Source: Acidimicrobiales bacterium (GTDB lineage: Bacteria > Actinomycetota > Acidimicrobiia > Acidimicrobiales > VFJN01). From it: a stretch of 64,000 nucleotides of DNA. The translations under genes were made by a program, and so were the position numbers. Below the pieces are notes generated by a model. That model made no database searches and was not told the origin of the DNA. It worked only from the letters and a program-made list of their open reading frames with translations. Position 1 is the first letter of the stretch. Each line of letters starts with the position of its first letter. Below, one piece after another: positions 25,185-33,222 of this stretch. The stretch covers positions 4,999 through 68,998 of the forward strand of contig DASXTK010000310.1 of assembly GCA_036505485.1 (NCBI GenBank), given 5' to 3'.

Positions 25185-26168
25185 ATGGCCCGCGGTCACA
25201 GAGCCCAGTGGCTGGGGGAAGGGCGGGCCGAGGTGGACGAGACGACGCCGGGTTGGTTCCCGGATCCGAGCGGTCGCCATGCGCGGCGCTATTGGAACGG
25301 AATTCGCTGGTCGCGACACGTAGAGGATGGGGGTGTTCGGTCGGTCGACCCCTATGCAGCCGGCACCACGACCGTGATCCCGCCGGCACCGCTGCTCCAA
25401 CGACAAGACATACCCCTCGAGCGGCCCGGGACGCGGGCCCACCGGTCGACCGGGGCGACCCGCACGATCGGTCTGGACCGGCCCATCGGCTCGCGGCCGC
25501 AAACCGGCCCGACACCGCCGATCAGGCTGGACCACGGTGGTGGTCGTAGCCGGATCCCGGTCCTCGTCGTGGCGCTCGCCCTGCTGATGGGTGCCGCCGC
25601 GGCAGTGGTCGTGGCCGGCGCGGTCCGCGACGACGGAGGCAACGGGCCGGGCCCTACGGAGATGTCCCAAAAGCAACAGTTCACCAACCACATCTCGGGC
25701 TACGTCTTCGACACCGGGGTCGGCTCCATCGATCAGACCCAGGCCAATTGCCTCGCCGATCAGCTGGTCACAACCCTGGGGGTCGACCACTTGGCCGAGC
25801 TGGACATCCTCCACAGCCTGGATGTGGGACGGGGTACGGAGGGTCGACTCTCATCGATCCTCAGCGGGCCGGAAGCTCAGGAGGCCTACCACTCGGCCTT
25901 CGAGTGCCTCGACGATGCCAGCCTGGTCGGCTTCATGGCCCGGTCGTTCCCGCCGGAGAGCGAGATCGGACCGGAACGGGCCCAGTGCATGGTGCAGGGC
26001 TGGCTGGACGGCATGGGCCGCGACCCGCTCATCGCCATGTACACGACGTTCGCCACCCAGGGGCTGGCGGCCGACATGTCCGCGGTCATCACCCCCGAGC
26101 AACAGGACGTGGTCATCGGCGTAGCTGGAGGCTGCACCGACCCACCTTCTCCCGCTCCCACCCCCTGA
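25185..26168 (+). CDS. DUF2510-domain membrane protein (paralog 1)
   Basis: GWFPDPSGRHARRYWNGIRWSRHV, a disordered linker, one TM helix (VLVVALALLMGAAAAVVVAGA) and an extracytoplasmic domain with ANCLADQLV. Confidence 0.6.
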   Translation: MARGHRAQWLGEGRAEVDETTPGWFPDPSGRHARRYWNGIRWSRHVEDGGVRSVDPYAAGTTTVIPPAPLLQRQDIPLERPGTRAHRSTGATRTIGLDRPIGSRPQTGPTPPIRLDHGGGRSRIPVLVVALALLMGAAAAVVVAGAVRDDGGNGPGPTEMSQKQQFTNHISGYVFDTGVGSIDQTQANCLADQLVTTLGVDHLAELDILHSLDVGRGTEGRLSSILSGPEAQEAYHSAFECLDDASLVGFMARSFPPESEIGPERAQCMVQGWLDGMGRDPLIAMYTTFATQGLAADMSAVITPEQQDVVIGVAGGCTDPPSPAPTP

Positions 26169-26199
26169 CGACGGCGGAGGATCGACTGCCGGCCGTAAC

Positions 26200-26841
26200 A
26201 TGGCAGACGGCATGAACTCTCCCTCGCCACGGTGGCTGCCGGATCCGACCGGTGACCACGAGTACCGCTATTGGGACGGAACGGCGTGGACCGACGATGT
26301 GTCCGACGCCGGGGTCACCTCCACCGACCCGATGGGCGACGACGCGGCGGCGCCGGCCGAGGATGCCGCCGGCGTCGACGCTCCCGGGCCCGGATCCGAC
26401 CCCGCCGACGACGACCTGACCGCAGAGGCACCCATTCGGGCCCCGGCCGGCAAGCCTCCGGGCCGGTCGACCCGGCTGTTGGTCGGGTTGGGTGTCGTGT
26501 TCGTGGTCCTGCTCGCCGGGATCGCCTTCGTGGTGCTCAACCAGGACGACAACGACAAGACCACCGAAGCCCAACAGAACAGCGATGCCCAGCTCATCGA
26601 CGACATCTCGGTCGGTCTGCGGGAGAGCATGGGCGATCGTCTGACCGACAAGCAGGCCGATTGCCTGGCCGAGTCCATGGTCGAGGAGTTCGGCTCCGAT
26701 CGTCTGATCCAGGCTGGATTTGGAGCCGCCAACTCCCCCGATCCCTTCGCCCTGCTGGAGGACAGCGAGGTGTCCACGCTGTTCCAGCTGATCATCTCCT
26801 GCGGCGTCACCGACTTCGGCGGTGACCTCGGCGGCGGCTAG
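26200..26841 (+). CDS. DUF2510-domain membrane protein (paralog 2)
   Basis: RWLPDPTGDHEYRYWDGTAWTDDV, an acidic linker, a TM helix (LLVGLGVVFVVLLAGIAFVVL) and ADCLAESMV. Confidence 0.6.
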   Translation: MADGMNSPSPRWLPDPTGDHEYRYWDGTAWTDDVSDAGVTSTDPMGDDAAAPAEDAAGVDAPGPGSDPADDDLTAEAPIRAPAGKPPGRSTRLLVGLGVVFVVLLAGIAFVVLNQDDNDKTTEAQQNSDAQLIDDISVGLRESMGDRLTDKQADCLAESMVEEFGSDRLIQAGFGAANSPDPFALLEDSEVSTLFQLIISCGVTDFGGDLGGG

Positions 26842-26844
26842 GTG

Positions 26845-27642
26845 CTAGCGGCCGGACCACGTCGGGGGGCGTTTCTGCTCGAAGGCGGCGATGCCTTCGG
26901 CGGCGTCCTCGGTGGCGGCGGTGACCGAGAGCATCGGGTGGAGGAGACGAAGGGACGTGTCGACGTCCTGGTCCCACACCGCATAGAACGCATCCCGGCC
27001 CAGGCGCACGGCTGCGGGTGACTTGGCCGCGAGTGTGGCCGCCAGCTCATCCACCCTCTCGGCCAGCTCGGCTGCCGGAACGACCTGGTTCACGAACCCG
27101 ATGCGTGCTGCCTCCTCGGCGTCGACGCGCCTTCCGCTCAGCATCAGCTCCAGGGCGATCTTGGGCGGCATGGACCGGACCAGCGGCACGGTGACCAGGT
27201 GGGGCCACAGCCCCACGTCCACCTCGGGGACACCGAAGACCGCATCGTCGGCCGCCACCACGAGGTCGCAGGTCAGAGCCAGCCCGAACCCGCCGGCCAA
27301 GGCGTAGCCGCGGACCTGGGCGATGGTCGGCTTGCCGAGCTCGTACAGGTCCCGCAGCAGCCCGGCCAGCTCGCCCCGAGCCTGGTGCAGCTCGAGGAAT
27401 CCGGGACCCCGACCCTCGGCCGTGGTCATCTCGGCCAGATCGGCGCCGGCGCAGAAGGCCCGGTCACCGGCTCCGGTCAGCACGCAGACGTGTACATCGG
27501 GGTGGGCCTTGGCCTCGGCGAACGCGTGGCGCAACTCGCGCACCAGCGCCCACGACAGGGCGTTGCGACGTTCGGGACGGTTGATGGTGATGCGGGCGAT
27601 CGGTCCCGCCACCTCGTAGAGCAGCGACTCGTAGGCCATCAT
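26845..27642 (-). CDS. Enoyl-CoA hydratase/isomerase (crotonase)
   Basis: ITINRPERRNAL...VLTGAGDRAFCAGADL...ALAGGFGLALTCD. Confidence 0.9.
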   Translation of the reverse strand: MMAYESLLYEVAGPIARITINRPERRNALSWALVRELRHAFAEAKAHPDVHVCVLTGAGDRAFCAGADLAEMTTAEGRGPGFLELHQARGELAGLLRDLYELGKPTIAQVRGYALAGGFGLALTCDLVVAADDAVFGVPEVDVGLWPHLVTVPLVRSMPPKIALELMLSGRRVDAEEAARIGFVNQVVPAAELAERVDELAATLAAKSPAAVRLGRDAFYAVWDQDVDTSLRLLHPMLSVTAATEDAAEGIAAFEQKRPPTWSGR

Positions 27643-27650
27643 CTACCAGG

Positions 27651-27968
27651 ATGGCCCAAACGCCCGCCCACCCTGGAGACCCATCGGCCGACCCGGTGCT
27701 GGTCCGCCGCCGCCAACTGGCCCGCTGGGCCGAGTTGGGTCAGCGTCTGGGCTATCTGCTCTTCGGGATAGCCATCGTGCTGTTCGTTGTGGCCACAATT
27801 ACCGAGCTCCCCCGGGCTATTGTGGCCGCAATCATTGCCTCCATGGCGTTGGGGTCGGTGGTGCTCGCACCCTCGATCGTCGTGGGTTACGGCGTGCGAG
27901 CGGCCGACCGCGAGGACCGGGAACGGGCAACTGCCACAAGGCGGCAACAAGGAAACGTCTCTCCGTAG
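27651..27968 (+). CDS. Hypothetical small 2-TM membrane protein
   Basis: ORF with two hydrophobic helices and fairly GC-rich third positions. No family recognised. Its start is only 8 nt from the divergent crotonase start. Confidence 0.4.
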   Translation: MAQTPAHPGDPSADPVLVRRRQLARWAELGQRLGYLLFGIAIVLFVVATITELPRAIVAAIIASMALGSVVLAPSIVVGYGVRAADREDRERATATRRQQGNVSP

Positions 27969-28020
27969 CTTGACCGACGCGGAGAGCGTCAAGTGTTAGC
28001 GTCGCGTACGCCTCCAGCGG

Positions 28021-28036
28021 GTTACCGTGGGGTAAC
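28021..28036. promoter_or_regulatory. GTTACC-N4-GGTAAC palindrome upstream of tetR (candidate TetR operator)
   Basis: gttacc-gtgg-ggtaac, 21 nt upstream of the tetR start. The same palindrome type recurs at 31084-31099. Confidence 0.55.
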
Positions 28037-28057
28037 ACCGAGGAAGATAGGAGCAAC

Positions 28058-28651
28058 GTGTCGACACGGCTTCCTGCGGCCAGACGCCGTCGTCAGCTTC
28101 TCGAGGTCTCTCTGCGCGTCTTCGCCGACCAAGGCTTCTACGTCACCTCGATGAGCGACATCGCCGAAGCCGCCGGCGTCACCAAGCCGGTGCTCTATCA
28201 ACACTTCGCGTCGAAGCGTGACCTCTACTCCCAGCTGCTCGACGAGGTGGGCAATCAACTCCAGGAAGCCATCACCAAGGCGGTTGCCTCCGCGGGCTCG
28301 GGCCGCGAGATGGTGGAGGAAGGCTTCTCCGCCTACTTCAACTTCGTCGACTCCCACCGCGACGCCTTCCAGATCTTCTACGCCAGCGGCTCGTGGCGCG
28401 ACGAGGAGTTCTCCGCCCAGGTCCATGAGGTCGAGAACTTGCTGGCCGAACAGGTGGCGGGGCTGATCGAGATCGAGGGCATCAGCGACGAGCAGCGCCA
28501 GCTGCTGGGTCATGGGATCGTCGGGATGATCGAGGGCGCCAGCACCCACTGGTTGTCGTCGCGGGCCACGGCCGATCCCGGGGAGCTGACCCGCCAACTG
28601 GCCGACCTGGCCTGGCGCGGTCTGCGCGGCGTCCGCCCCGAGCACCAGTAG
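28058..28651 (+). CDS. TetR-family transcriptional regulator
   Basis: RRRQLLEVSLRVFADQGFYVTSMSDIAEAAGVTKPVLYQHFASKRDLY. Confidence 0.85.
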   Translation: MSTRLPAARRRRQLLEVSLRVFADQGFYVTSMSDIAEAAGVTKPVLYQHFASKRDLYSQLLDEVGNQLQEAITKAVASAGSGREMVEEGFSAYFNFVDSHRDAFQIFYASGSWRDEEFSAQVHEVENLLAEQVAGLIEIEGISDEQRQLLGHGIVGMIEGASTHWLSSRATADPGELTRQLADLAWRGLRGVRPEHQ

Positions 28652-28660
28652 CAACCACCT

Positions 28661-29701
28661 CTAGCTCGTCGTCAGCTCCTGTTCGAGCTGGGCCAGCTTG
28701 GCCAGGAAGTCGTCCTTGAACTGACGGAACCTCTCCTCGATCGCCTGCAGATCCTTGAGGGAGATCTGGCGGTGGAGCTCGTCGTTGTAGAAGTCGAGCA
28801 GCTCCCGCTCGTCGGTGGTTCCACGGATGCGCAGGGAACAGGTTGCGAAGTCCGCAGCCCGTTGGGCGTCTCGCAGGGTCATCGCGTACAACGCCGAGTC
28901 GGGGGCCCAGCGCAGGGTCTGCGGGAAGGCGGCCCGGTTGTCCTGCCGGGTGCTGAACAGCGTGAGGTACGAAGCCGAATCGCAGATCTCGACGCGGTCG
29001 AAGTTGGGACGGGGCGTCAGGACCAGCTCGATCTTGGCGTGGGCGTGACGGCTCAGGAACAGGCCCATGACGCAGAGGTCCACCGCCTCGACCAGGGCCC
29101 GCTGCACGGCTTCCTTCCCTGGGGCAACATCGGTGATCGCATATTCGTGCTGGATCCGGGTCTCGATGGCCTGCTCGCTGTTGGGATCGCCGACGATCAC
29201 CTGCACGTCGTTGATGCGGTGTGTGACCGAGAGGAGCCGAGGTCCCACGTACCTTCCGGTCAGGCCGTAGAAGATGTACCGATCGGTGCCTTGCAGGTCC
29301 TCGGACAGGTCGTGGTTGAACCGGCCGTCGAAGCTCATGGCCTCGCCGTAACTGGCCAGCGGGACGTACAGCCGTTGCTGCTCCCGGTGAACGTCGAGCA
29401 TGCGATCGGCGGCGGACTGCACCGCGCCATAAACCGTCTCGGTGACCAGCCGCTCGCTGACCCGGTTGGTGATCAGGATCTGCAGCGTCGAGAACACCGT
29501 GGCCGCCAACAAGCTGATGGCCAGGCCCTGCCAGAGGATCCGCGCCGTGCCGGTCGTGTTGGCCGCGAAGACGAACATCAGCACGCTGAGGATCAGCGAA
29601 ACCAGGAAGAAGATGGTGAAGAGGCTGATGTGAAGCCCCTTCAACAGCTGTAGCGCCGTTCCTGTCCGCCGCGCCTCGGGGATGCCCGTCTCTTCCCCCA
29701 T
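28661..29701 (-). CDS. Hypothetical 2-TM protein with an unrecognised ~250-aa soluble domain
   Basis: ATG29701 start (MGEETGIPEARR). TM helices LHISLFTIFFLVSLILSVLMFVF and ILWQGLAISLLAATVFSTLQILI. Lower GC by eye than the flanks. No family recognised. Confidence 0.55.
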   Translation of the reverse strand: MGEETGIPEARRTGTALQLLKGLHISLFTIFFLVSLILSVLMFVFAANTTGTARILWQGLAISLLAATVFSTLQILITNRVSERLVTETVYGAVQSAADRMLDVHREQQRLYVPLASYGEAMSFDGRFNHDLSEDLQGTDRYIFYGLTGRYVGPRLLSVTHRINDVQVIVGDPNSEQAIETRIQHEYAITDVAPGKEAVQRALVEAVDLCVMGLFLSRHAHAKIELVLTPRPNFDRVEICDSASYLTLFSTRQDNRAAFPQTLRWAPDSALYAMTLRDAQRAADFATCSLRIRGTTDERELLDFYNDELHRQISLKDLQAIEERFRQFKDDFLAKLAQLEQELTTS

Positions 29702-29820
29702 TTGCCCAAGTCTATGGCCGACACGGAGCGTCACCGGGCCGGTACTCGACAGTTGTGTCACCCCGTGCGGGCCGCAGGGGCGGCGCTGACATCGACCTCC
29801 GCCCTGGCTGAGACGATCGA

Positions 29821-31038
29821 CTACTCGATGCGCATGCCCGAGATGGCCCGGCCGATGACCAGCTGCTGGATCTGCTCGGTGCCCTCGAAGATGTCGAAGA
29901 TCTTGGCGTCGCGGTGCATCCGTTCGACCGGGTACTCCCGGGTGTAGCCGTAGCCACCGAGGATCTGGATGGCCCGCTCGGTCACCCACACCGCCACCCG
30001 GCCGGCCTTGAGCTTGGACATCGAGCCCTCGGCGTTCTTGTAGCCGCCGTTGCGGCTCAGCCAGGCGGCACGGTGGACCAGCAGTCGGGCGGCGTCGATC
30101 TCCATGGCCATGTCGGCCAACATGAAGGCGATGGCCTGGTTCTGGATGATGGGCTTGCCGAAGGCCACCCGCTCCTTGGCGTAGTCCAGGGAGTATTCGT
30201 AGGCGGCCCGGGCGATGCCGATGGCCATGGCGGCCACCGACGGGCGAGTGGCCTCGAAGGTGGCCATGGCCGGCTGCTTGGCCCCGGTGGCGGCGCCCTC
30301 CCGGGCCCGGGCCAGCTTGGACTCCAGCTTCTCCCTGCCGCCGAGCAGGCAGCGTCCCGGGACTCGCACGTCATCGAGCACGACCTCGGCGGTGTGCGAT
30401 GCCCGGATGCCGTGCTTCAGGTACTTCTGGCCCTGGGACAGGCCTTTGGTCCCCGGCGGCACCACGAAGCTGGCCTGGCCCCGGCTGCCCAGATGGGGAT
30501 CGACCGTGGCCACCACCACGTGGACGTCGGCGATGCCGCCGTTGGTGATCCAGGCCTTGGTGCCGTTGAGCACCCACTCGTCCTTCGCCTCGTCGTACTT
30601 GGCGTTGGTCTTGAGCGAGCTGACATCGGAGCCGGCGTCGGGCTCGGACACGCAGTACGCGCCGAGCTGGATCTTGTCCGGCGTGCCGAAGCACTGGGGC
30701 ACCCACTCCATCACCTGGTCAGCGGCGCCCTGCCCGGCGATGCCGGCCGCGGCGAGGCCCGATCCGAAGATGGACAGGCCGATGCCGGCGTCACCCCAGA
30801 ACAACTCCTCCAGCGACAGGACCAGAGTGAGCCCGGTCGGATCGCCCATGCCGGCCTGGGCGAAGAAGTCGAAGCCGTACAGACCGATCTTGGCGGCCTC
30901 CTCGACGATGGGCCAGGGGAACTCCTCTTTCTCGTCCCACTCATGAGCGGCAGGCCGCACGACGGTCTCAGCGAAGTCGTGCACCCATTTCTGGAGTTGC
31001 TGCTGATCCTCGTTGAGTAGCAAGGAAAACTCGCTCAT
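29821..31038 (-). CDS. Acyl-CoA dehydrogenase
   Basis: CVSEPDAGSDV, WITNGGIADV, and C-terminal QILGGYGYTREYPVERMHRDAKIFDIFEGT. Confidence 0.9.
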   Translation of the reverse strand: MSEFSLLLNEDQQQLQKWVHDFAETVVRPAAHEWDEKEEFPWPIVEEAAKIGLYGFDFFAQAGMGDPTGLTLVLSLEELFWGDAGIGLSIFGSGLAAAGIAGQGAADQVMEWVPQCFGTPDKIQLGAYCVSEPDAGSDVSSLKTNAKYDEAKDEWVLNGTKAWITNGGIADVHVVVATVDPHLGSRGQASFVVPPGTKGLSQGQKYLKHGIRASHTAEVVLDDVRVPGRCLLGGREKLESKLARAREGAATGAKQPAMATFEATRPSVAAMAIGIARAAYEYSLDYAKERVAFGKPIIQNQAIAFMLADMAMEIDAARLLVHRAAWLSRNGGYKNAEGSMSKLKAGRVAVWVTERAIQILGGYGYTREYPVERMHRDAKIFDIFEGTEQIQQLVIGRAISGMRIE

Positions 31039-31083
31039 CAGTCACACCTCATGGGTAGGGGCGAGTCGGCAAAGTTGGAGAAA

Positions 31084-31099
31084 GTTACCTTACGGTAAC
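31084..31099. promoter_or_regulatory. GTTACC-N4-GGTAAC palindrome upstream of the acyl-CoA dehydrogenase gene
   Basis: gttacc-ttac-ggtaac, 46 nt upstream of ATG31038. Confidence 0.55.
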
Positions 31100-31112
31100 C
31101 GGACTCAGCACG

Positions 31113-31581
31113 TTGGTGATCGGGGCGCCGACCGGGGTTGACGGTACCCATGGCCGGGTCAGGGGAACCTGGAGCACCCGGCCACCGGGTCCTTCACCGA
31201 CGCCTCGGTCGGCTTCCTGGGCGTGGCCCTGGCGTTCGGGCTCTCGCTGCTGGTGGCGGCCTACGCCATCGGGCCGATCTCGGGCTGCCACATCAACCCA
31301 GCGGTCACCCTCGGCATGTGGCCGGCTGGCAAGACGAAGACCGAGCAGCTCCCGACCTACCTCATCGGCCAGGTCGTCGGCGCCCTCGTCGGCGGCGGCC
31401 TGTTGTCTCCATCCCGATCGACAAGACCTCGGTGAACCCGGCCCGCAGCCTGGCCGTGGCCTTCTTCGCCGGCGGCGACGCGGTCAAGCAGCTGTGGGCC
31501 TTCATAGTCTTCCCGCTGGTCGGCGCCATCGTGGGCTGGCTCGCCCATCAGGCCCTGGCCGAGGACGGTGGTCGATATTGA
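31113..31581 (+). pseudogene. aqpZ: Decayed aquaporin Z gene (5' truncated, internal deletion, frameshift)
   Basis: Frame 1 reads GVALAFGLSLLVAAYAIGPISGCHINPAVTLG...QVVGALVGGGLL (first NPA). It continues in another frame as SIPIDKTSVNPARSLAVAFFAGG...FPLVGAIVGW (second NPA). Roughly 90 central residues and the N-terminal helix are missing. Confidence 0.75.
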
Positions 31582-31668
31582 TTCGGTCCCGTTCGCTAGG
31601 GCTCCGGGGCGGAATCCGTATCGATCGATCTGCGCCAACCCCGGGGCTGAGGGACTACGTTCCTCGGC

Positions 31669-31764
31669 GGAGGTGTCCGAGCACCTGGTGGGCTCCGCCG
31701 CCTTCAAAGCGGTTGGGACGGGCACTCCCCGTCCGGCGGGTTCGATTCCCGTCCACCTCCGCCA
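31669..31764 (+). tRNA. selC: tRNA-Sec (anticodon TCA)
   Basis: Anticodon loop cTTCAaa (TCA at 31704-31706). 13 bp of acceptor plus T stem (8/5 or 7/6). 7-bp long variable arm (ggacggg/cccgtcc). T loop ggg-TTCGATT-ccc. 3' G-CCA is encoded. Confidence 0.8.
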
Positions 31765-31868
31765 AGCTCCGTTGAACCTGCAGAACCGCGGCTTTCCCAC
31801 CCGCGTACCGCCCCGACCAATCGGCCAGTAACTTCCGCGATTGCCCGCTGCAGCGGCGGCCCGGTCGA

Positions 31869-32620
31869 GTGCTGATCCTGCGGTCGCGGCTTGGGCCGGG
31901 AGCGCTGGGGGCCCGGGCCCTGGGTGGGGCTCCGTGGGCGCTGTGCCTGGTGATCGCTGCGGTCGGGTTCGCCGGTGTGACCCCGTTGGCCTGGGTCGGT
32001 GCCGGGCTGGTGGCCGGGATCAGCCTCTCGGGCTCGATATGAGGGCTGAACAGCAGCGCCACGCTGCTGCCGCCGGTCCGGCGGGGCTCGCTCAATGACC
32101 TCAGGATCGGGGTGGCATTCCTTGCCGGCTGCGCCGCGGGAGCCAGCCTCGTCGGCGTGGTCCTGCTGCTGGCCGGCGGACTCCTGTCGCCGATTCCGGC
32201 CGGTTGGCGGCTTTCACAGCTCTGGTGGGGACCGTTGTGATCCTCGCGGCCGACCGCGGCGTCCACGGGTTGAAGCTGCCCCAGACCGCGCAGCAGATCC
32301 CGGCGACGGTGGTTGCGGTGCGGCGGCCGGTCAACGCCTGGCGGTTCGCGGTTCCTTATGGGACCGGCCTGCGCACGTATCTGCCGTCGGCCAGCCCTCA
32401 CGTCCTGGCCCTGTGGTTGGTCCTCGCCGCGCCGAGCTTGTTGGTGCCCGCCGCGGCCGCGGCTTTCGGGGTGGGGCGGGGGATCTCGCTGCTGATGCGC
32501 TCGCTGACCCGCCAACGGCTCGACTACGGACGGTCGTTCGAACGCATCACTGGGCTGCTGCGCCCGATCTCCCCTGTGCTGGTCCTCGCCCTGGCCCTGG
32601 TAGCCACCCTCCGGTCATGA
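31869..32620 (+). other. Membrane-protein reading frame interrupted by an in-frame TGA (32040-32042) and a frame change near 32200. Either a pseudogene or a recoding candidate.
   Basis: All three hydrophobic segments have GC-rich third positions: 31869-32039, 32043-32237 in the same frame, and 32204-32620 in another frame. Its end is ATGA-coupled to the GNAT gene. Confidence 0.35.
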
Positions 32621-33222
32621 GCTTGTCTGGAGACCAGTGGCGGACCCGTCGGGTCCACCTGAAGCGGTTCGAGGAGTCCGACGTGCCGTTCTACATGGAG
32701 TTGTGCTCGTCGCTGGACGTGGGGCGGCGGTTCCGTTTCGGCGGCGCGGCCGTTCCTCCTCAGGCCGTGGTGTCGGCCATCTGGGACGGGACGCTCGTCC
32801 ATCTGGTCGGGGTGGGCAACCGGTCGCGGCGACGGCTCGGCGTGGTTTCGGTGACCTCGGCCGACATGCGCAACGGCACCGCCTACCTCAGCGCGGTCAG
32901 CGAGCCGACCGTGGTCGGGACCGGGTTGATGATCGAGGCTGCGGCCCTGGCGATCGACTACGTCTTCGCCACCTGGCCGTTCCGCAAGCTCTACGCTGAG
33001 GTCCCGGAGTTCAACCTGGTCTCGTTCGGATCGGTGACCCGACGGGTGTTCCAGCAGGAGGGCCAGCTCACCGACCACGTGTTCATGGACGGGTGCCACT
33101 GGGACGTCCACATCCTGGCCACCACCCGCGACACCTGGGCGCAGGAAGCCGCCCCCCGCCTCGACCGGCTGCGTCAGCGTGGACGGACGAGGGTGCCGGA
33201 GCCCGAGTCCTCGAGCACGTAG
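32617..33222 (+). CDS. GNAT-family N-acetyltransferase (RimJ/RimL-like)
   Basis: TAYLSAVSEPTVVGTGLMIEAAALAIDYVFATWPFRKLYAEVPEFN. The 3' end overlaps the convergent cysS by 49 nt. Confidence 0.65.
   Translation: MSLSGDQWRTRRVHLKRFEESDVPFYMELCSSLDVGRRFRFGGAAVPPQAVVSAIWDGTLVHLVGVGNRSRRRLGVVSVTSADMRNGTAYLSAVSEPTVVGTGLMIEAAALAIDYVFATWPFRKLYAEVPEFNLVSFGSVTRRVFQQEGQLTDHVFMDGCHWDVHILATTRDTWAQEAAPRLDRLRQRGRTRVPEPESSST

Noticed and set aside
31765-33222. An integrated island downstream of selC (integrase, att repeat).
   Set aside because: I found no integrase/recombinase ORF and no direct repeat of the tRNA 3' end in the following 1.5 kb. Only the degraded genes hint at past rearrangement.
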